Below are positions 39,022 through 52,504 of a stretch of 64,000 nt of DNA, piece after piece. Under the pieces are notes generated by a model. The model saw nothing but the letters and a program-made list of their open reading frames with translations, ran no database searches and had not been told where the DNA came from. Position numbers and translations under genes: made by a program. The DNA comes from Octopus sinensis (lineage: Eukaryota), in contig NC_042998.1 in the NCBI RefSeq assembly GCF_006345805.1, positions 188,356,001-188,420,000 on the forward strand, in the 5' to 3' direction. Position 1 is the first letter of the stretch; each line of letters starts with the position of its first letter.

Positions 39022-39360
39022 GGCGCTGGCGTGACTGTGTGGTGGTAAGAAGTTTACTTCTCAACCACACGGTTCCGGGTTTTGTCCTACTGTGTGATGC
39101 CTTACTATATAGTACTATAGCCTCGAGCCGACTAATGCCTTGTGAATGGATTTGGTATACGGAAACTGAAAGAAGTCCGTCGTATATATGTATATCTCTA
39201 ATATGTGTATGGTCTGTGTCTCTGTTTGTCCTCCACCACCACTTGTCAACCGGTGGTGGTATGTTTACGTCCTCGTAACTTAGCGGTTCAGTAAAATCGA
39301 ATGATATAATAAGTACTAGGCTTTAAAAAATAGGTCCTGGGGTCAATTTGTTCGACTAAA
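39022..39360 (+). mobile_element. SINE family A, diverged
   Basis: ggcgctggcgtgactgtgtggtggtaag..cggaaactgaaagaag..cttagcggttc. Confidence 0.8.
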
Positions 39361-39597
39361 ACAATATATATATATATAAGGATCAAAGGATCATGAAGCC
39401 GGTTGCCCCGAATTCTGTGGTATATAAATTCCTCCGTAGACAGGAGACCGGTACCTTCACAGGATTATGAATTGGTGCTTTTGCTCGAGAATATTATTCA
39501 ATGCCTGGTCCAGGAATCGAAACCATTATCTTACGATTATGAGTGCAACACCTTAACTTCTAAGCCTCGCGCTTCCACTTAGACACATACACACGCA

Positions 39598-39800
39598 TGT
39601 ATGTATGTATGTATGTACGTATGTATGTATGTATGTATGTATGTATGTATGTATGTATGTATGTATGTATGTATGTGTGTGTGTGTGTATATGCATGTAT
39701 ATATATATATGCAAACACTCACATACACACACATACATATATGTGTGTATGTATATATATATATGTGTGTGTGTGTGTATATGCATATATATTCATGTGT
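39598..39800. repeat. (TATG)/(TG)/(TA) microsatellite
   Basis: Directly visible. Confidence 0.9.
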
Positions 39801-39888
39801 ATATATGTATGCATGAATTATTAGTAATAATTCAATTTACATTGTTAAAAATGTTTTATGTGAAGAGTATCAAAGAGTATCAATAATA

Positions 39889-40293
39889 GGCGCTGGAGTG
39901 GGTGTGTGGTAAGTAGCTTGCTAACCAACCACATGGTTCCGGGTTCAGTCCCACCGCGTGGCACTTTGGGCAAGTGTCTTCTACTATAGCCTCGGGCCGA
40001 CCAAAGCCTTGTGAGTGGATTTGGTAGACGGAAACTGAAAGAAGCCCGTCGTATATATATATATATATATATATATATGCGTGTGTGTGTTTGTGTGTGT
40101 GTGTTTGTCCCCCTAGCATTGCTTGACAACCGATGCTGGTGTGTTTATGTCCCCGTTACTTAGCGGTTCGGCAAAACAGACCGATAGAATAAGTACTGGG
40201 CTTACAAAGAATAAGTCCCGGGGTCGAGTTGCTCGACTAAAGGCGGTGCTCCAGCATGGCCGCAGTCAAATGACTGAAACAAGTAAAAGAGTA
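39889..40293 (+). mobile_element. SINE family A, full length
   Basis: Homology to other copies. Confidence 0.93.
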
Positions 40294-40439
40294 ATTGATG
40301 TATTCTCAGACGAAACAAAATGTCTTTTGCTGGACTCAATGCTTTAATAACGCGTATTTTCACTCAAAATTAATACTTTGAGTACTTTATTAATAGTGGA
40401 CTTACCATGTTCCCACGTACAAGTTAATCGCTGCATCTA

Positions 40440-40946
40440 ACTACCTGCCTACCTGACTATCGACCTACTTGCCTACCAACCCATCTGCCCACCTACCTAC
40501 CTACCTACCTACCTACCTACCTACCTACCTACCTACTACCTACCTACCTACTACCTACCTACCTACCTACCTACCCACCTACTTTCCTACCTACCCAATC
40601 ACCCACCCACCCACCTACCTACCTACCTGCCTACCTACCTACCTACCTACCTACCTACCCACCTACTTTCCTACCTACCCAATCACCCACCCACCTACCT
40701 ACCTACCTACCTACCTACCTACCTACCTACCTATCTAGCTACCTACCTACCTACGTAACTACCTACCTACCTGTCTATCGGTCAGCCCGATTGTCTCCAT
40801 CTGTCTGTCTGTATCTCTTCTTCTGTCTCAGTCACTATCTATTTATCTATCTATATCTACCTACCTACCTACCTACCTACCTATCTATCTATGTATGTAT
40901 GTATCTATCTATCTATCTATCTCTATCTATCTATCTATCTATCTAT

Positions 40947-40978
<32 letters not shown>

Positions 40979-40985
40979 CTATCTA
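40440..40985. repeat. (CCTA)n / (TCTA)n microsatellite block with an internal ~75-bp duplication
   Basis: Directly visible; tttcctacctacccaatcacccaccc occurs twice. Confidence 0.95.
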
Positions 40986-40999
40986 TCGTCAATATTGTC

Positions 41000-41420
41000 A
41001 CGCCTCCTTCCTTCAAACGGGAAGGAAGAGCTATTTTCATCATCCTTGTGGCTATGGCGAAAGAATGTATCTGGTGGACGCGTCTGAAAGGATTGGAGAC
41101 AAACACTTTCCTCTCTGGTCAATCTCTCATCAACTTCTTCAAGTACCCCTTGAAAAGGAAAGTGAGAGTAGAGAGGCAAGTTTTGTCTAGCGAATGTTTT
41201 AAAAAAAGATGGGTGAATGTAGCAAGGATGGCACGTATGAATGACGAAGCCACCTTGAGCATAATCCTATGAACCCAGAAATTGAAAACAGAGGGTTACC
41301 CACTTGCAAACAAATGTGGTAACATATAACAATATTGACCAAGGTTACCGTGGTCTTTTTCGTAGGCTTTTCTTCCCACGGATAAACCTTACTTGCTTTC
41401 CCCTTTACACCATATATCAT
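41000..41420 (+). mobile_element. Possible L1/Tx1-like LINE 3' fragment
   Basis: Open frame AIFIILVAMAKECIWWTRLKG..LINFFKYPLKRKVRVER..F.KRW resembles Tx1 ORF2 C-termini from recall only. Confidence 0.5.
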
Positions 41421-41739
41421 AACACTGTGATACACGATCCCTATTGATCGTTCTTTTTTTTCCTCTTCCCCTTTTTTCTTCTTTTTTCATTTCTCTTTCC
41501 TTTTGTTCCTTTTCCTTTTCTTTTTTTTCTTTTTATTCTTTTTATTTTATTCAATTTTTTTTGTTTTTGTTCTTTTCTTCCCTTTTACGATCCCTCTTGA
41601 TCGAAAACCTACGCCACCCCCTTTTTTTCTTTTGTTTTTTGTTCTCTTCATCCCCCAAAAGAAAAGCTCTACCTTGTAACTTGTCCCATCTGTGTGCAGC
41701 CCTGTGTGGCCAATAAAGAAACTTATCTATCTATCTATC

Positions 41740-41815
<76 letters not shown>

Positions 41816-43616
41816 TGTATGTGAATGCGTGTTAGTATGTTTAAAATATAAAATGCAAACATGGAAGGTTGTGATAGATATTGCCATTTTGGACTTTAAA
41901 AGTCGGACGTGGCAAAACTGATAAATCTCAATACTTGAAAATCAATGTTTGAGGGATTGGCTAGGTGTAAGAATAGTGAAAGTAAGTCGCCATTAAACAC
42001 CACATACACACAGACAAGCGCACACACACACACACACGTATACGTACACACACATGTATGTACGTATATGTGTGTGTGTGCATGTTAGCATACCTTTCTC
42101 TCTATCTGTATATACTGTAGCTGTGTAGCCACAAAATAATACCTTACGTAGAAATTTAAAAAAATACTTCCAATCGGGCTTATCCATCTAGCACCTATAT
42201 GAGTTGCGAATTCATTGGACCCCTTATTAAATAATTAGATTGCATGTTGGCTCGGCTGACATTTCGCGATCGTGTTTAGTAACATTTAGAAAGCAAACAA
42301 ATACACTATTTTGTGTTCAAGCAGCTGAAGTATTTTTAGTTTTACTTCTTCCCTCAGAATGATGCTTTTCTTAAATATCTTGTGTGCCTCTATGTGTACA
42401 AGCATGCTAATCCGTGTAACTGTTGCAATGAATGTGAATGATAATTTGCATGTTTGTATATTTGTTTCCTTTTGTTTTGTTTCGTTTTCCATTTTCTTTA
42501 TTATTTTTATTCTTATTTGTGAGTCCGCGTCAGTGTGTGTGTTTATGGACATGTGCTCGTGTACTTCTGCTTGAATAATAAATTTTCTATTTATACGTAT
42601 TTACTTGTTCTATTTCTGTTTGTTAGCTTCTAGGATTTTGGGTCTATTTATTTTTTCGCATATGTTTGCATATGCCTCTGTGTTTAAGTGTGTTTTTCTA
42701 TTTTATGCATTTTGTCGGTAAGATTTTTGGCAAGTGGACAGAGCCATCGTGGGGAATATGTAATGAAATATTATATGTTCTTTGTATGACAGCACAGTAC
42801 AGAATAGTTCTCAAGAGATGAATCAATTCATCTATACTTCTTGAAATGTATTGAATAAATGAAAATGTTCTGATCAATACATTTCAGTGCATCTTTCCAG
42901 TTTTAATAAATTAACGATGTGCGAAATATTTCAGGAAAGATATTTTCAGGAAGATGGTAATGTCGAATATTTACATCTGCATTTGGACTTGTAAGCCACA
43001 ACGTGGAATATTTACAACTGCATTTGCACTTGTAAGCCACGACGTGGTAATTTTCCTTTATGCTCAGAAATACTTCATTGTAAAACGATGATAACTTACA
43101 AGATATATCCTCCACGCTTAACATTTCTATGTTTTGATGTTTTTTTTTAATACTTTGTTACCCAATAAGGAGAAGAAATGGGTTGATTGTAACAGTATGG
43201 CGTGTATAAAATTATATGAATTGGAAGAATGTAACGCAAACATCAAAGTAAGAGAGCAAATTAACAATAGAGAAGAAACTCGCCGAAACAAACCAACTGG
43301 AAAATAATACCGGACAAAATTTCTTGGGTTGAATATGAGGGTTTATTAAATCGATACCAGGAGACAGGCTAATACGTTGCAAATAATTTAAGGCAATTTT
43401 TAGGTACCTCCATATTTGGCCGTAATCTTATGTCTCCACAATAGTTCGAAGATACATTCAGCTGTAAAGCCACTACTAATATATATATATTCGAGTAACT
43501 TCTGGAATATAAAAACGTTTGGTGATCTTCCAAGTGCCTTTTGACAACTTGATGAAACGTATTCTTATTACTTAAGCACTTATCCTAAAAACCATCATTT
43601 TAGTTTGAATTTACAG

Positions 43617-43721
43617 AATGGATGTAAATTACATTTGCAGGCAATCTACACATTACACGTGAAAGGACACGACTTGAATATTCAGAAGACGATATCAAGA
43701 AACGCCTCCAAGTATGCTCAG
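43617..43721 (+). CDS. Ret: Ret exon, CLD3/CLD4 boundary (NGCKLHLQAIYTLHVKGHDLNIQKTISRNASKYAQ)
   Basis: Donor cag|gtaaaa at 43722; ISRNASKYAQ resembles RET VSRRARRFAQ. Two in-frame acceptors (43617 or 43641), so the 5' end is uncertain. Confidence 0.82.
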
Positions 43722-44409
43722 GTAAAATTTAAAATTTACTTTATACTCTTATCGGTATTCTTCATTTAATTGTACTAATTTTATCTATCTTTTCTTTTAT
43801 CTATTTGTCTGCCTATATATGTATATATGATGTACGTGTAATACATAATAAACTGCATATCGTATCAATTAATTTTACGATATGTATGTATGTATATATG
43901 CATATGTGTATGCATCTACGTTCGCTTTCTCTTTTTAATTTAGAATACATTTTAACCGGGCACCTGCTTAGGAGCAAGGTTCTGAAGGAAAACGTCGTAT
44001 TTTATTCATCATCCTTTAAATCTTAGGTCTTGCAAACTTTTATAGTTTCAGATATCGTGACCATTTGTAGTGTACGAATTAAGGATTTGTGTCCTTTCCC
44101 TAACAAACCAGTTTCAACCATATTTTGCTCCAGGCGGGTTGGTGTGTATCCTGTTACTACAATTAAAAATATGTACGTAGCTGAAAGTATACTGGATTTG
44201 CAAACACCCTATCAATGGCCCATTGGTGTTCTCCCCCATTTGTGACCCCATTTGTGTACAGAGGGCAGCTGATTTCTACAATGGATTATATCTCTTCCTG
44301 TTAGCCTTCACAACAATATCTGGCCGGCTGTGTTTTAACTTGGTATCTGTTTTAACTTTTAGGCGCCACCAATATTCTTTTGACCCATCAGTCTCTATAT
44401 AGTCAACTT

Positions 44410-45180
44410 CGTTTGTAGGTGTTTTCTCTTTTGTTACCCTGTTCCAGATTTTCTGGCCACCGCATTATGCTTCATAGGAAGATAATATCTGGAAGACATT
44501 TTTCGGTAGTTGATAATAATGTGATTGATATTTTCAGCCTTGGTCTTGCACAGCCTACATTTGCTGTCTGTAAATGTTTTCTGCCTTTTATACAGTAGGT
44601 ATTTGGAGGGATCTCTTGTTTTTGAATTGCATGGAGGTAGCCTTTGAAGTGGGTTGTCATAAGCTTTTGACATGATCAATCCTTTTTACGGTTTACGTTT
44701 TTCGTGCCAAGATCCATGTACTCTCTGCTCAGTGAACTGGCCCGTCTTCTTTTAATTCGTTCCCCTGATTTCTCCCCTTAGGGAGAGAAATGCATTAGCT
44801 CTTACTTCATACCTCTCCTCAAGTTCATTAGCTATCCTAATTATGATGTTGATTTCATACGGTCACAAACTTGGGCGAAATAGTCGCTGGCCTCTTTCCT
44901 ATGCTGCAGATGTTGTAGTGTGTGCTTCGTATGGCATCAATATAGAGTTAGGATCACAGCCACCATCCTTGCATGAGAAGTATAGCCTATATATATCTCC
45001 ATTGATGTTGAAATTTTCTACAACATTCAGCAGTTTGCTAGTTCGGACATCTGTCTCATTGAGTTCTTGTAGTGACCAGTACAGAAGGGCAAACGTAGGC
45101 GTGAGGACATGCGCTGCAAAGGTGGGCAGTATGCTTGTTGTAAGCTGAGAGGTCTTATGACTATGTATGTTCTCCTATGC
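44410..45180 (-). mobile_element. R4-like non-LTR fragment
   Basis: DSKCRLCKTKAENINHII...MSSRYYLPMKHNAVAR (decayed CCHC knuckle). Confidence 0.7.
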
Positions 45181-45469
45181 TTTTAAAATTTTTAGATTCT
45201 TCCTCTGAGGAAGGAGCTGGTTTCTAACAAAGATAGAAAGCTCTATCTTTGGGAAGTAGATAACAAAAACAATGTCACATTTTAACCTTGAGAAAAGTCT
45301 TGTGTATTTTTATTGTCCCACTTACAGATTTTATATGTAATGTGCGAGTTGGTTGATTTCTTTTTCTAAAAACCCTAGCTTATTCACAATGTCGTTTAGG
45401 TATTTACTCACAAAACCAAGTGCACCAATTGTTTTTGATATATATATATATATATAGTTATTGGATATA

Positions 45470-46410
45470 GAAGCTGGAGCCTTCAATGCAATTTTCACAT
45501 CAGCAGGACGCAGGACTACTGACTTCTATAATGGTACATACTTTTCTTGTCTGTCCCAAACAACATTCGACCTGTTATGTTCACACTTGACAGTTGTTTT
45601 GATGGGAATGCTCCACTATATTCCTTGTGTTGATCTGTGTATATATTCAATAACTGGGGGGTTCTCTATAACTATTCCAGAACAGTCTTTATTCCGAATG
45701 GCATTGTACATTGTTTTACCGACATCGTCGAGTGGCATTGAGAGATAATGCCTTGATGACATCTTTGGGCAGCTGATAATCACAAGTGTGATGTCTTCCA
45801 CAGAAATATAATGTAGTCTTTACTTTCGGTTGCACCTTGGAGCTCCAAGGGCTTCATTATCTCTTTTGCTTATCAAGTAATTAGGTATTGTGTTGCAATC
45901 CCCTGTTCTAGGATTGTAAGAGCTGTCAGGAATCCAAGAAAGGCTTCAAGCCATGTCTATATTACTGTCTTATTGAAGCCATGAGGAAACACGGTCTATT
46001 TATTTTGTATGCTGAGCGTTTCACATCCAAGTCTTCAGTTATGTTAGTCCAGCTGTTTCGGGGATTGTATAGAGGTCATCAGGAAGAGAGTACTTCCTGA
46101 GGATCACACTGCTGACAAGATAGATATTGTTCTGTTCATTTTTAAGCCCTAAGTTAATTTAATTATTTTGCTACTGTTGTTTAGCAAATGCTGTCTGAGA
46201 GACATTTCGACATTCGAAAGCTGTCTGCACTGATCTCAAGTCTTATACCTCCTTCATCCTTTCCTAGGAAGAGCCTGACGATATCACCATTTCTGTGATT
46301 TCCTGTTGTTCTCAGTAACTTGCGGGTTTTAACGTCTATGGAGTGAATTTCCTCTACAAACCAGTCACGTATCCAAAATATTTGAATCAGCGCTGGTACT
46401 GCAAAGATGC
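45470..46410 (-). mobile_element. Second R4-like non-LTR fragment
   Basis: HSIDVKTRKLLRTTGNHRNGDIVRLFLGKDEGG (cf. R4 DRLY.PR..GGRGL) and EDIT..IISCPKMSSR.YL.M..DDVGK. Confidence 0.7.
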
Positions 46411-47159
46411 ATTGTGGGATATTGTATGTATGTACGTGTGCACATATATGTATATGTGTGCGTGTGTGTGAAAATGTATGTAGTTTATAATCATTGACGA
46501 AAGAAAATGTAATACAAATGTCATTAAATATTCTTCTCTTTATGAGATTCTGTTTTCGACGTTATTTAAACGATGGCTGTAGAATACAATCAAACTGCAA
46601 TTATATTAGTTGACTAGAATTAAGAGATGAGGTAATGACAAATACCTTTAATACACATGAATAGTGGTAGATATCGATTCTTTCAAATTGAAGCATATCT
46701 CTCAAAACTTGAAAGAATGTTACATAATTACAAACAGCTACGAATTGATCTTATTCGTAGGAATCATTCGTATGGATCGATAGACATAACAATAATATAT
46801 ATATTGAAACAATTGCATATTTATGTGCCTTAGATTAGCTTTACGTGTTATAAAGAGTGAGGCAGAGTGGCAATGAAGCTTTTTAGATTATTAGATAATG
46901 CTATTTAGAGGGTTATGTCCACACGGTAGATATACGTAATTTACTCACTCTGACTGCCCAATGGTCACTGGTCTTGTTCTCTCAATAGTCTACATGATAG
47001 TAACATACACACACCCACTTACACACGCACACATACACCGACGCACAGACACATACGGGAGTCCAAAACGTTCCTCCGCCTGAAGTGGTTTTGAATGGAT
47101 AGAGATTTGCACAGCTCTAACCCAATTTTCAGTGCAGTTACCACACGAGTGGTACAATA

Positions 47160-47550
47160 CTCTTTTACTCTTTTACTCTTTTACTTGTTTCAGTCATTTG
47201 ACTGCGGCCATGCTGGAGCACCACCTTTTTTTCGAGCAACTCAACTCCGAGACTTATTCTTTGTAAGCCTAGTACTTATTCTATCGGTCTCTTTTGCCGA
47301 ACCGCTAAGTGACGGGGACGTAAACACACCAGCATCGGTTGTCAAGCAATGCTAGGGGGACAAACATAGACACACAAACACACACACACATACATACAGT
47401 TTCCGTCAGTTTCCGTCTACCAAATCCACTCACAAGGCTTTGGTCAGCCCGAGGCTATAGTAGAAGACACTTGCCCAAGGTGCCACGCAATGGGACTGAA
47501 CCCGGAACCATGTGGCTGGTAAACAAGCTACTTACCACACAGCCACTCCT
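47160..47550 (-). mobile_element. SINE family A
   Basis: Homology to other copies; ends ~150 nt before the CLD4 exon. Confidence 0.92.
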
Positions 47551-47696
47551 GTATGTAGTTTATAATCATTGAGATGGAGATAAATCGGATAACCAAAGTG
47601 GTTAAAGGAGACCACTCTTCAATTAAATACATAACTTATAAAATGATAGTTTTATGATCATTCATTCTCATCATTCATTACAATTGTTCATTTCAG

Positions 47697-47937
47697 ATTT
47701 ACAAAATACCCGATAAAGGTGGAGACCATTTCTACATTGATCCTCGTGAAACAACAATATTCGCCGTCTCATGGTACACAGGGATTGTATATGTAGACAG
47801 CGAGTTGGCACTTCGATCGACGTCACACAAAGTTATTAAGTTCAAAGTGAAGATCATGAAGGGCAACGTTGTCCAGGAGAAGGTTCACATTACTGTCAAC
47901 ATTGACGACACTCCAGTTAACGTTACAGGCGAATGTG
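47697..47937 (+). CDS. Ret: Ret exon, CLD4 (IYKIPDKGG...YTGIVYVDSELALRS...NVTGEC)
   Basis: Acceptor tttcag, donor gtttgt at 47938; 80 open codons, phase 0-1. TGIVYVD...ALR resembles RET SGILFVND..ALR. Confidence 0.85.
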
Positions 47938-48063
47938 GTTTGTATACGAGAACTCTATTGCCATTCTAACTCTAACTGCTTTTATTTTTACCTACCTACC
48001 TACCTACCTACCTACCTATCTATCTCTTTACCAACTTGTTTCTACGAAGTAATAACTCAGATT

Positions 48064-48854
48064 ACTCTTTTATATATTTTAGTCATTTTAACTGCGGCCA
48101 TGATGGAGCACCACCTTTAGTCGAGCAAATCGACCCCAAGACTTATTTTTTGTACTCCTAGTACTTATTCTAGCGGTCTTTTAGCCGAACCGCTAAGTTA
48201 CGGGGACGAAACACACCAGCATCGGTTGTCAAGCGATGTTAGTGAGACACACACACACACATATACACACACATGCATATATATATATAACTAACTAACT
48301 AACTAACTAACTAAATAAATAAATATATATATATATATATATATAATATTAATTAGAGACAAAACCACTATTTTGCAAAACAAACAGGAAAGACTTAATC
48401 GATACATAAAATTTTAATAAAAATTTTAAAAAATTAAAAAAATTAAAAAATTTTTTTTTTAATTTTTAAAATTTTTTAATTTTCTTTAATTTTTTAATTT
48501 TTAAAATTTTTAAATTTTTTAATTTTTATTAAAATTTTATGTATTGATTAAGTCTTTCCTTGTTGTTTTGCAAAATAGTGGTTTTGTCTCTAATTAATAT
48601 ATAATATTTTACTATAAAATTGGATTAAATCCTAAATATGATTTTTTCCCTGTAAATTTGGATTTATTCCCTAATATTTATTATTATATATATACACGAC
48701 GGGCTTTTTTTAAGCTTCCGTCTACCAAATCCACTCACAAGGCCTTGGTCGGCCCGAGGCTATAGTAGAAGACACTTGCCCAAGGTGTCACGCAGTGGGA
48801 CTGAACTCGGAACAATGTGGTTGGTAATCAAGTTACTTACCACACAGCTACTCC
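48064..48854 (-). mobile_element. SINE family A interrupted in its microsatellite by a foldback insert
   Basis: 3' half at 48064-48280; 5' half at ~48690-48854. Confidence 0.85.
48346..48600. repeat. AT-rich foldback element with ~75-bp arms
   Basis: atattaattagagacaaaaccactattttgcaaaac.. has its reverse complement ending at 48600. Confidence 0.9.
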
Positions 48855-48942
48855 GTCACTATAGTATTAAACACTTTCCTCCATCACATTTGCTATCTTC
48901 AATAGCAAATACGATTCAAAGAAAATATGTAATATATTTTCT

Positions 48943-49562
48943 TCTGCCAACAAAGCACGCGGAATTCTGTTCTTGATTCGACGGTCATTCGGAATGCTCA
49001 CAGCAGCCATATTCCTACCACTCTATGTCACGCTGGTGAGACCCATATTGGAGTATGGGATTCAAGCCTCTTCTCCTTATCTCCTCAAAGACATACAGCA
49101 TCTCGAAAGAGTCCAGAAGCCGGCTACCCGCATGGTTCATGGTCTCAAAAATTTCTCCTACGAAGAAAGGCTGAGGACGCTCGACCTTTATTCTCTTGAA
49201 AAACGCCGCCGCCGTGGTGATCTCATTCTCGCCCACAACATCATAAGCGGAAAGTGTAACCTCTCGAAAGAGCTGTTCTTCACTCCTGCTCCAGAGCGTC
49301 GGCTGCGAGGTCATTCCGAAAAGCTCTACTTGCGACGATTTCATCTCAATCGAAGGAGAGGGGCTTTCTCCGTCCGGGTTGCGGATCCGTGGAACAAGCT
49401 GCCAGACGAGATGGTGAAGATGCCGACGACCGCTTTGTTCAAAGCCTCCCTTGACCTCAAGTGGCCTGAACTCTTTACATGAACACCACCCTGTACTTAA
49501 CTCCATGTCCCCCTACATGGCCTTGCTATTTGCTTTTGAGCCAAATTAACTAACTAACTAAC
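48943..49562 (+). mobile_element. 5'-truncated CR1-type LINE (ORF2 C-terminus, 3' UTR, (TAAC)n tail)
   Basis: Uninterrupted ORF 48973-49482: LYVTLVRPILEYG..LERVQ..ATRMV..SYEERL..L.SLEKRR.RGDLI..RGH..KL..R..FS.RV..WNKLP. Confidence 0.93.
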
Positions 49563-50758
49563 ATATCCACTTTTTAACATATTTACATAGAAGTTACACA
49601 TATATTTCAAGGAAAATAAACACATGCATAATTCAGTGGTAATGGAAATACTGACGCTCATTCCCTTCTAAATGATACTAGGTTAGTAAGTCTTTAGTTT
49701 ACTTCATTTACGTCATTCACTGCAGTGGTCCCACCAAGAATTCTAGTGGATCAATATTTTGTTGCAAAGAGAATTTAGCAGGGTGATCTCAAGATTCATA
49801 TCTAATCAATACTCTTTATTTTAATTACTATTTTATTAACTCACATCATTCATATATATATACACAAACGTGGGAATAAAAGAGTTCGATGCATTGTAGA
49901 CGTTGATATCAATAACACTGTCCGATTGTTATGCAGTCTCTGAAAATTTATAACTGTAGTCTGCTTATGAAGTTTTCCTTACATTACAGATAATAATGGT
50001 TATGAAATATGTGTAAGATGATGTAAATAAACAATTTATGAATAAACTCTCCAGTTATGTTATATACACACACATATGCGCGCATACATACACATACACA
50101 CACACAAACACACACAGGTAGTATACTCAGCCTAGGAATTAATAAATTACTAATAATAAAATCATGATAAAGTTTAGAAAGCCAATATATCATCATTCAA
50201 TGTAATACTAGCAGCTATTCACGATTGTTCCACGGTATCGCTATTCAAATTTCTGAAAATAATATTCATCGTATTTGGTAACACATCCAATCTGGAACAT
50301 GGAGCTTCATCAGAGTAAAGAAAATGACATGAAAGAAACGAAAAGAAAAGAAGAAGTACCTCCAGAAGAAGATTTAAATATATTAAGCCTTTCTTCTTTT
50401 TCTTCTTCTTCTCGAGGTTCTTCTTCTTTTCTTTTCTTTTATGTATTTTTCTTCACTGATGAAACTCCATGCTCCAGATCGGATGTGTTACCAAATATGA
50501 TGAATATTATTTTTAGAATTTTCAATGGCAATACTGTGGAACATTGGAAGGAGAAACAGCTGTTGGATGGGATAATGTATATTTGTATTAAAAAGTAATA
50601 ATCGATGTTAGCCAATTGTTGTTTGATCAACATTTCTACATTTTCTGCTTACTTTAAATTTGATTCCGGATAAACTCATGTTTATCTTTGACATTGCCTG
50701 TAGCCTATGAGCATAATATGCTTGCATATGTATGCCCAGTGTTATATATATATATATA

Positions 50759-52003
50759 CAGACATGAAGGAAGTAAATAAACACCTAAATTTTCAAAATT
50801 TCTGATCTAAGCGTCTTAATATCTTTTCAGCGGGGTAGAATTTAAAACGTAATTATTCGTTTTCATTCCAGGTGCGAAGAGTAACCATGTTACGCACAAA
50901 AAAATTCAGCAGAACTGTCAGATTTTCAAAGAGGTCGTATAGTTGGGCAATCTGAGGCTGGGCTTAGCCAGCGAAAAATTGCCGAAAATCTTCAAATTCC
51001 TCTTGCTATTGTTAATAGAATTATAGTGCAATTCAAAGCCAAGGAAAAAAATCAACAGATTCTCGTCCCGGCCGACCTGGGCCCTCGAAAAGGAAGCTTC
51101 GCTGTTTGAAGAGAATTGTGGAAAATGAACCCCGTTCGAAGGGTTCTGACATTGCAAAACGGCTAGAAATTTAGAAATTAGTCCAAGAACGTGTGTTACA
51201 TATCTGTATAATCTTGGGTGTTATGGACGAGCAGCTAGAAGAAAACCTCTCTTTCAACCAATTAATATCATGAAAAGAAAGAAATGGGCTAAGGAGATGT
51301 CAGAAAAATCCAGTTAATTTTGGGATAGAGTGATTTTCTCAGATGACTCCAGATTTGCATTATTTTCAGACAGTGGACGTCTTTGTGTCTGGAGGTTTTC
51401 CAATCAAGAATTTGATTTGAAACGACTCCAACCAACTGTGAAACATAGTGGTATCTCTGTAATGGTATGGGGAGCTGTCACCAGCAATGGTCGTTCTGAG
51501 CTGATCGAATGTGTTGGAACCATAAACTCTGAAAAATTCATCGAAATACTTTAGCAAAGACTTCTTCCGATGTATTCACACGATAACATAACGAAAAATG
51601 AGTTTTTATTTATGGAAGGTGGGACGCCATGCCACACAGCGAAAATGAATCAACAATGGCTGACTGAAAATGGGATCAAAAAGCTTCCTTGGCCGAGCTA
51701 ATCTCCTGACATGAACCCAATTAAAAATCTTTGGAGCATACGAAAAACTCGACAGAAACCTAAATATAAGATGAATTGTTTCGATTTTTGCGTGGAAAGT
51801 GGGCAGAAATTCCACAAGAGACAATCACAAAGCTCATCTGTTAAATGCCAAAAAGAGTTTCCGAATTAAAAACTGCAAAGGGAATGTCAACTAAATACTA
51901 AAGTATGTAGTCCTACCTATCGATTACATTTTAGTTCTTCGCTTTGCGTATTAAATAAAAGATTTTGAAAATTAAAGGTGTCTATTTACTTCCTGCATGT
52001 CTG
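50759..52003 (+). mobile_element. Full-length decayed Tc1-family transposon with ~40-bp TIRs
   Basis: TIR cagacatg(a/c)aggaagtaaata(a/g)acacct at both ends, in TA-rich flanks. Confidence 0.92.
50887..51901 (+). pseudogene. Tc1 transposase pseudogene
   Basis: ELSDFQRGRIVG.., VIFSDDSRF..QPTVKHSGISVMVWG, PCHTAK, WP..SPDMNPI.NLW; stops and frameshifts. Confidence 0.9.
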
Positions 52004-52504
52004 TGTATATATATATAGCTGAGGCCTCCAATCGCCTATATTACTGATTCTGTTATTATCATTTTTAATTGTTACACTAGATAATAATAGAGTCAATAAT
52101 ATCTTCGCAAATATTTTCTCCAGAATTATTTGCTCCGTATAAATATATATATATATATATCCATACTATCATCTCTCCGTAGGAGAGTGAACCGTTTCTA
52201 TCTATCGGCAATAACACGTATCCTTTGTTTTTCTTGCTATGTTTCTTTCTCTGTCTTTCTCCACACTCCTCCGAAGTAACTTACGATTTCCTGCATTTCT
52301 CTCTCACTTTATCTGTGTTGCTACTGGTGTCTAATTTTCTTATTTCACCTACAGCCACACCTTGTTATTTTGTCTCTCCATATAAGTTTCCTTTACATTT
52401 CCTCTTTTACTTTCGTCTAAGTTTTCCGCATTTTAGGTCTCTGAATATATACAGTCAATAACATACGTATTGCACAACATTAGTTTGACGTTTATTTTAT
52501 ACAG

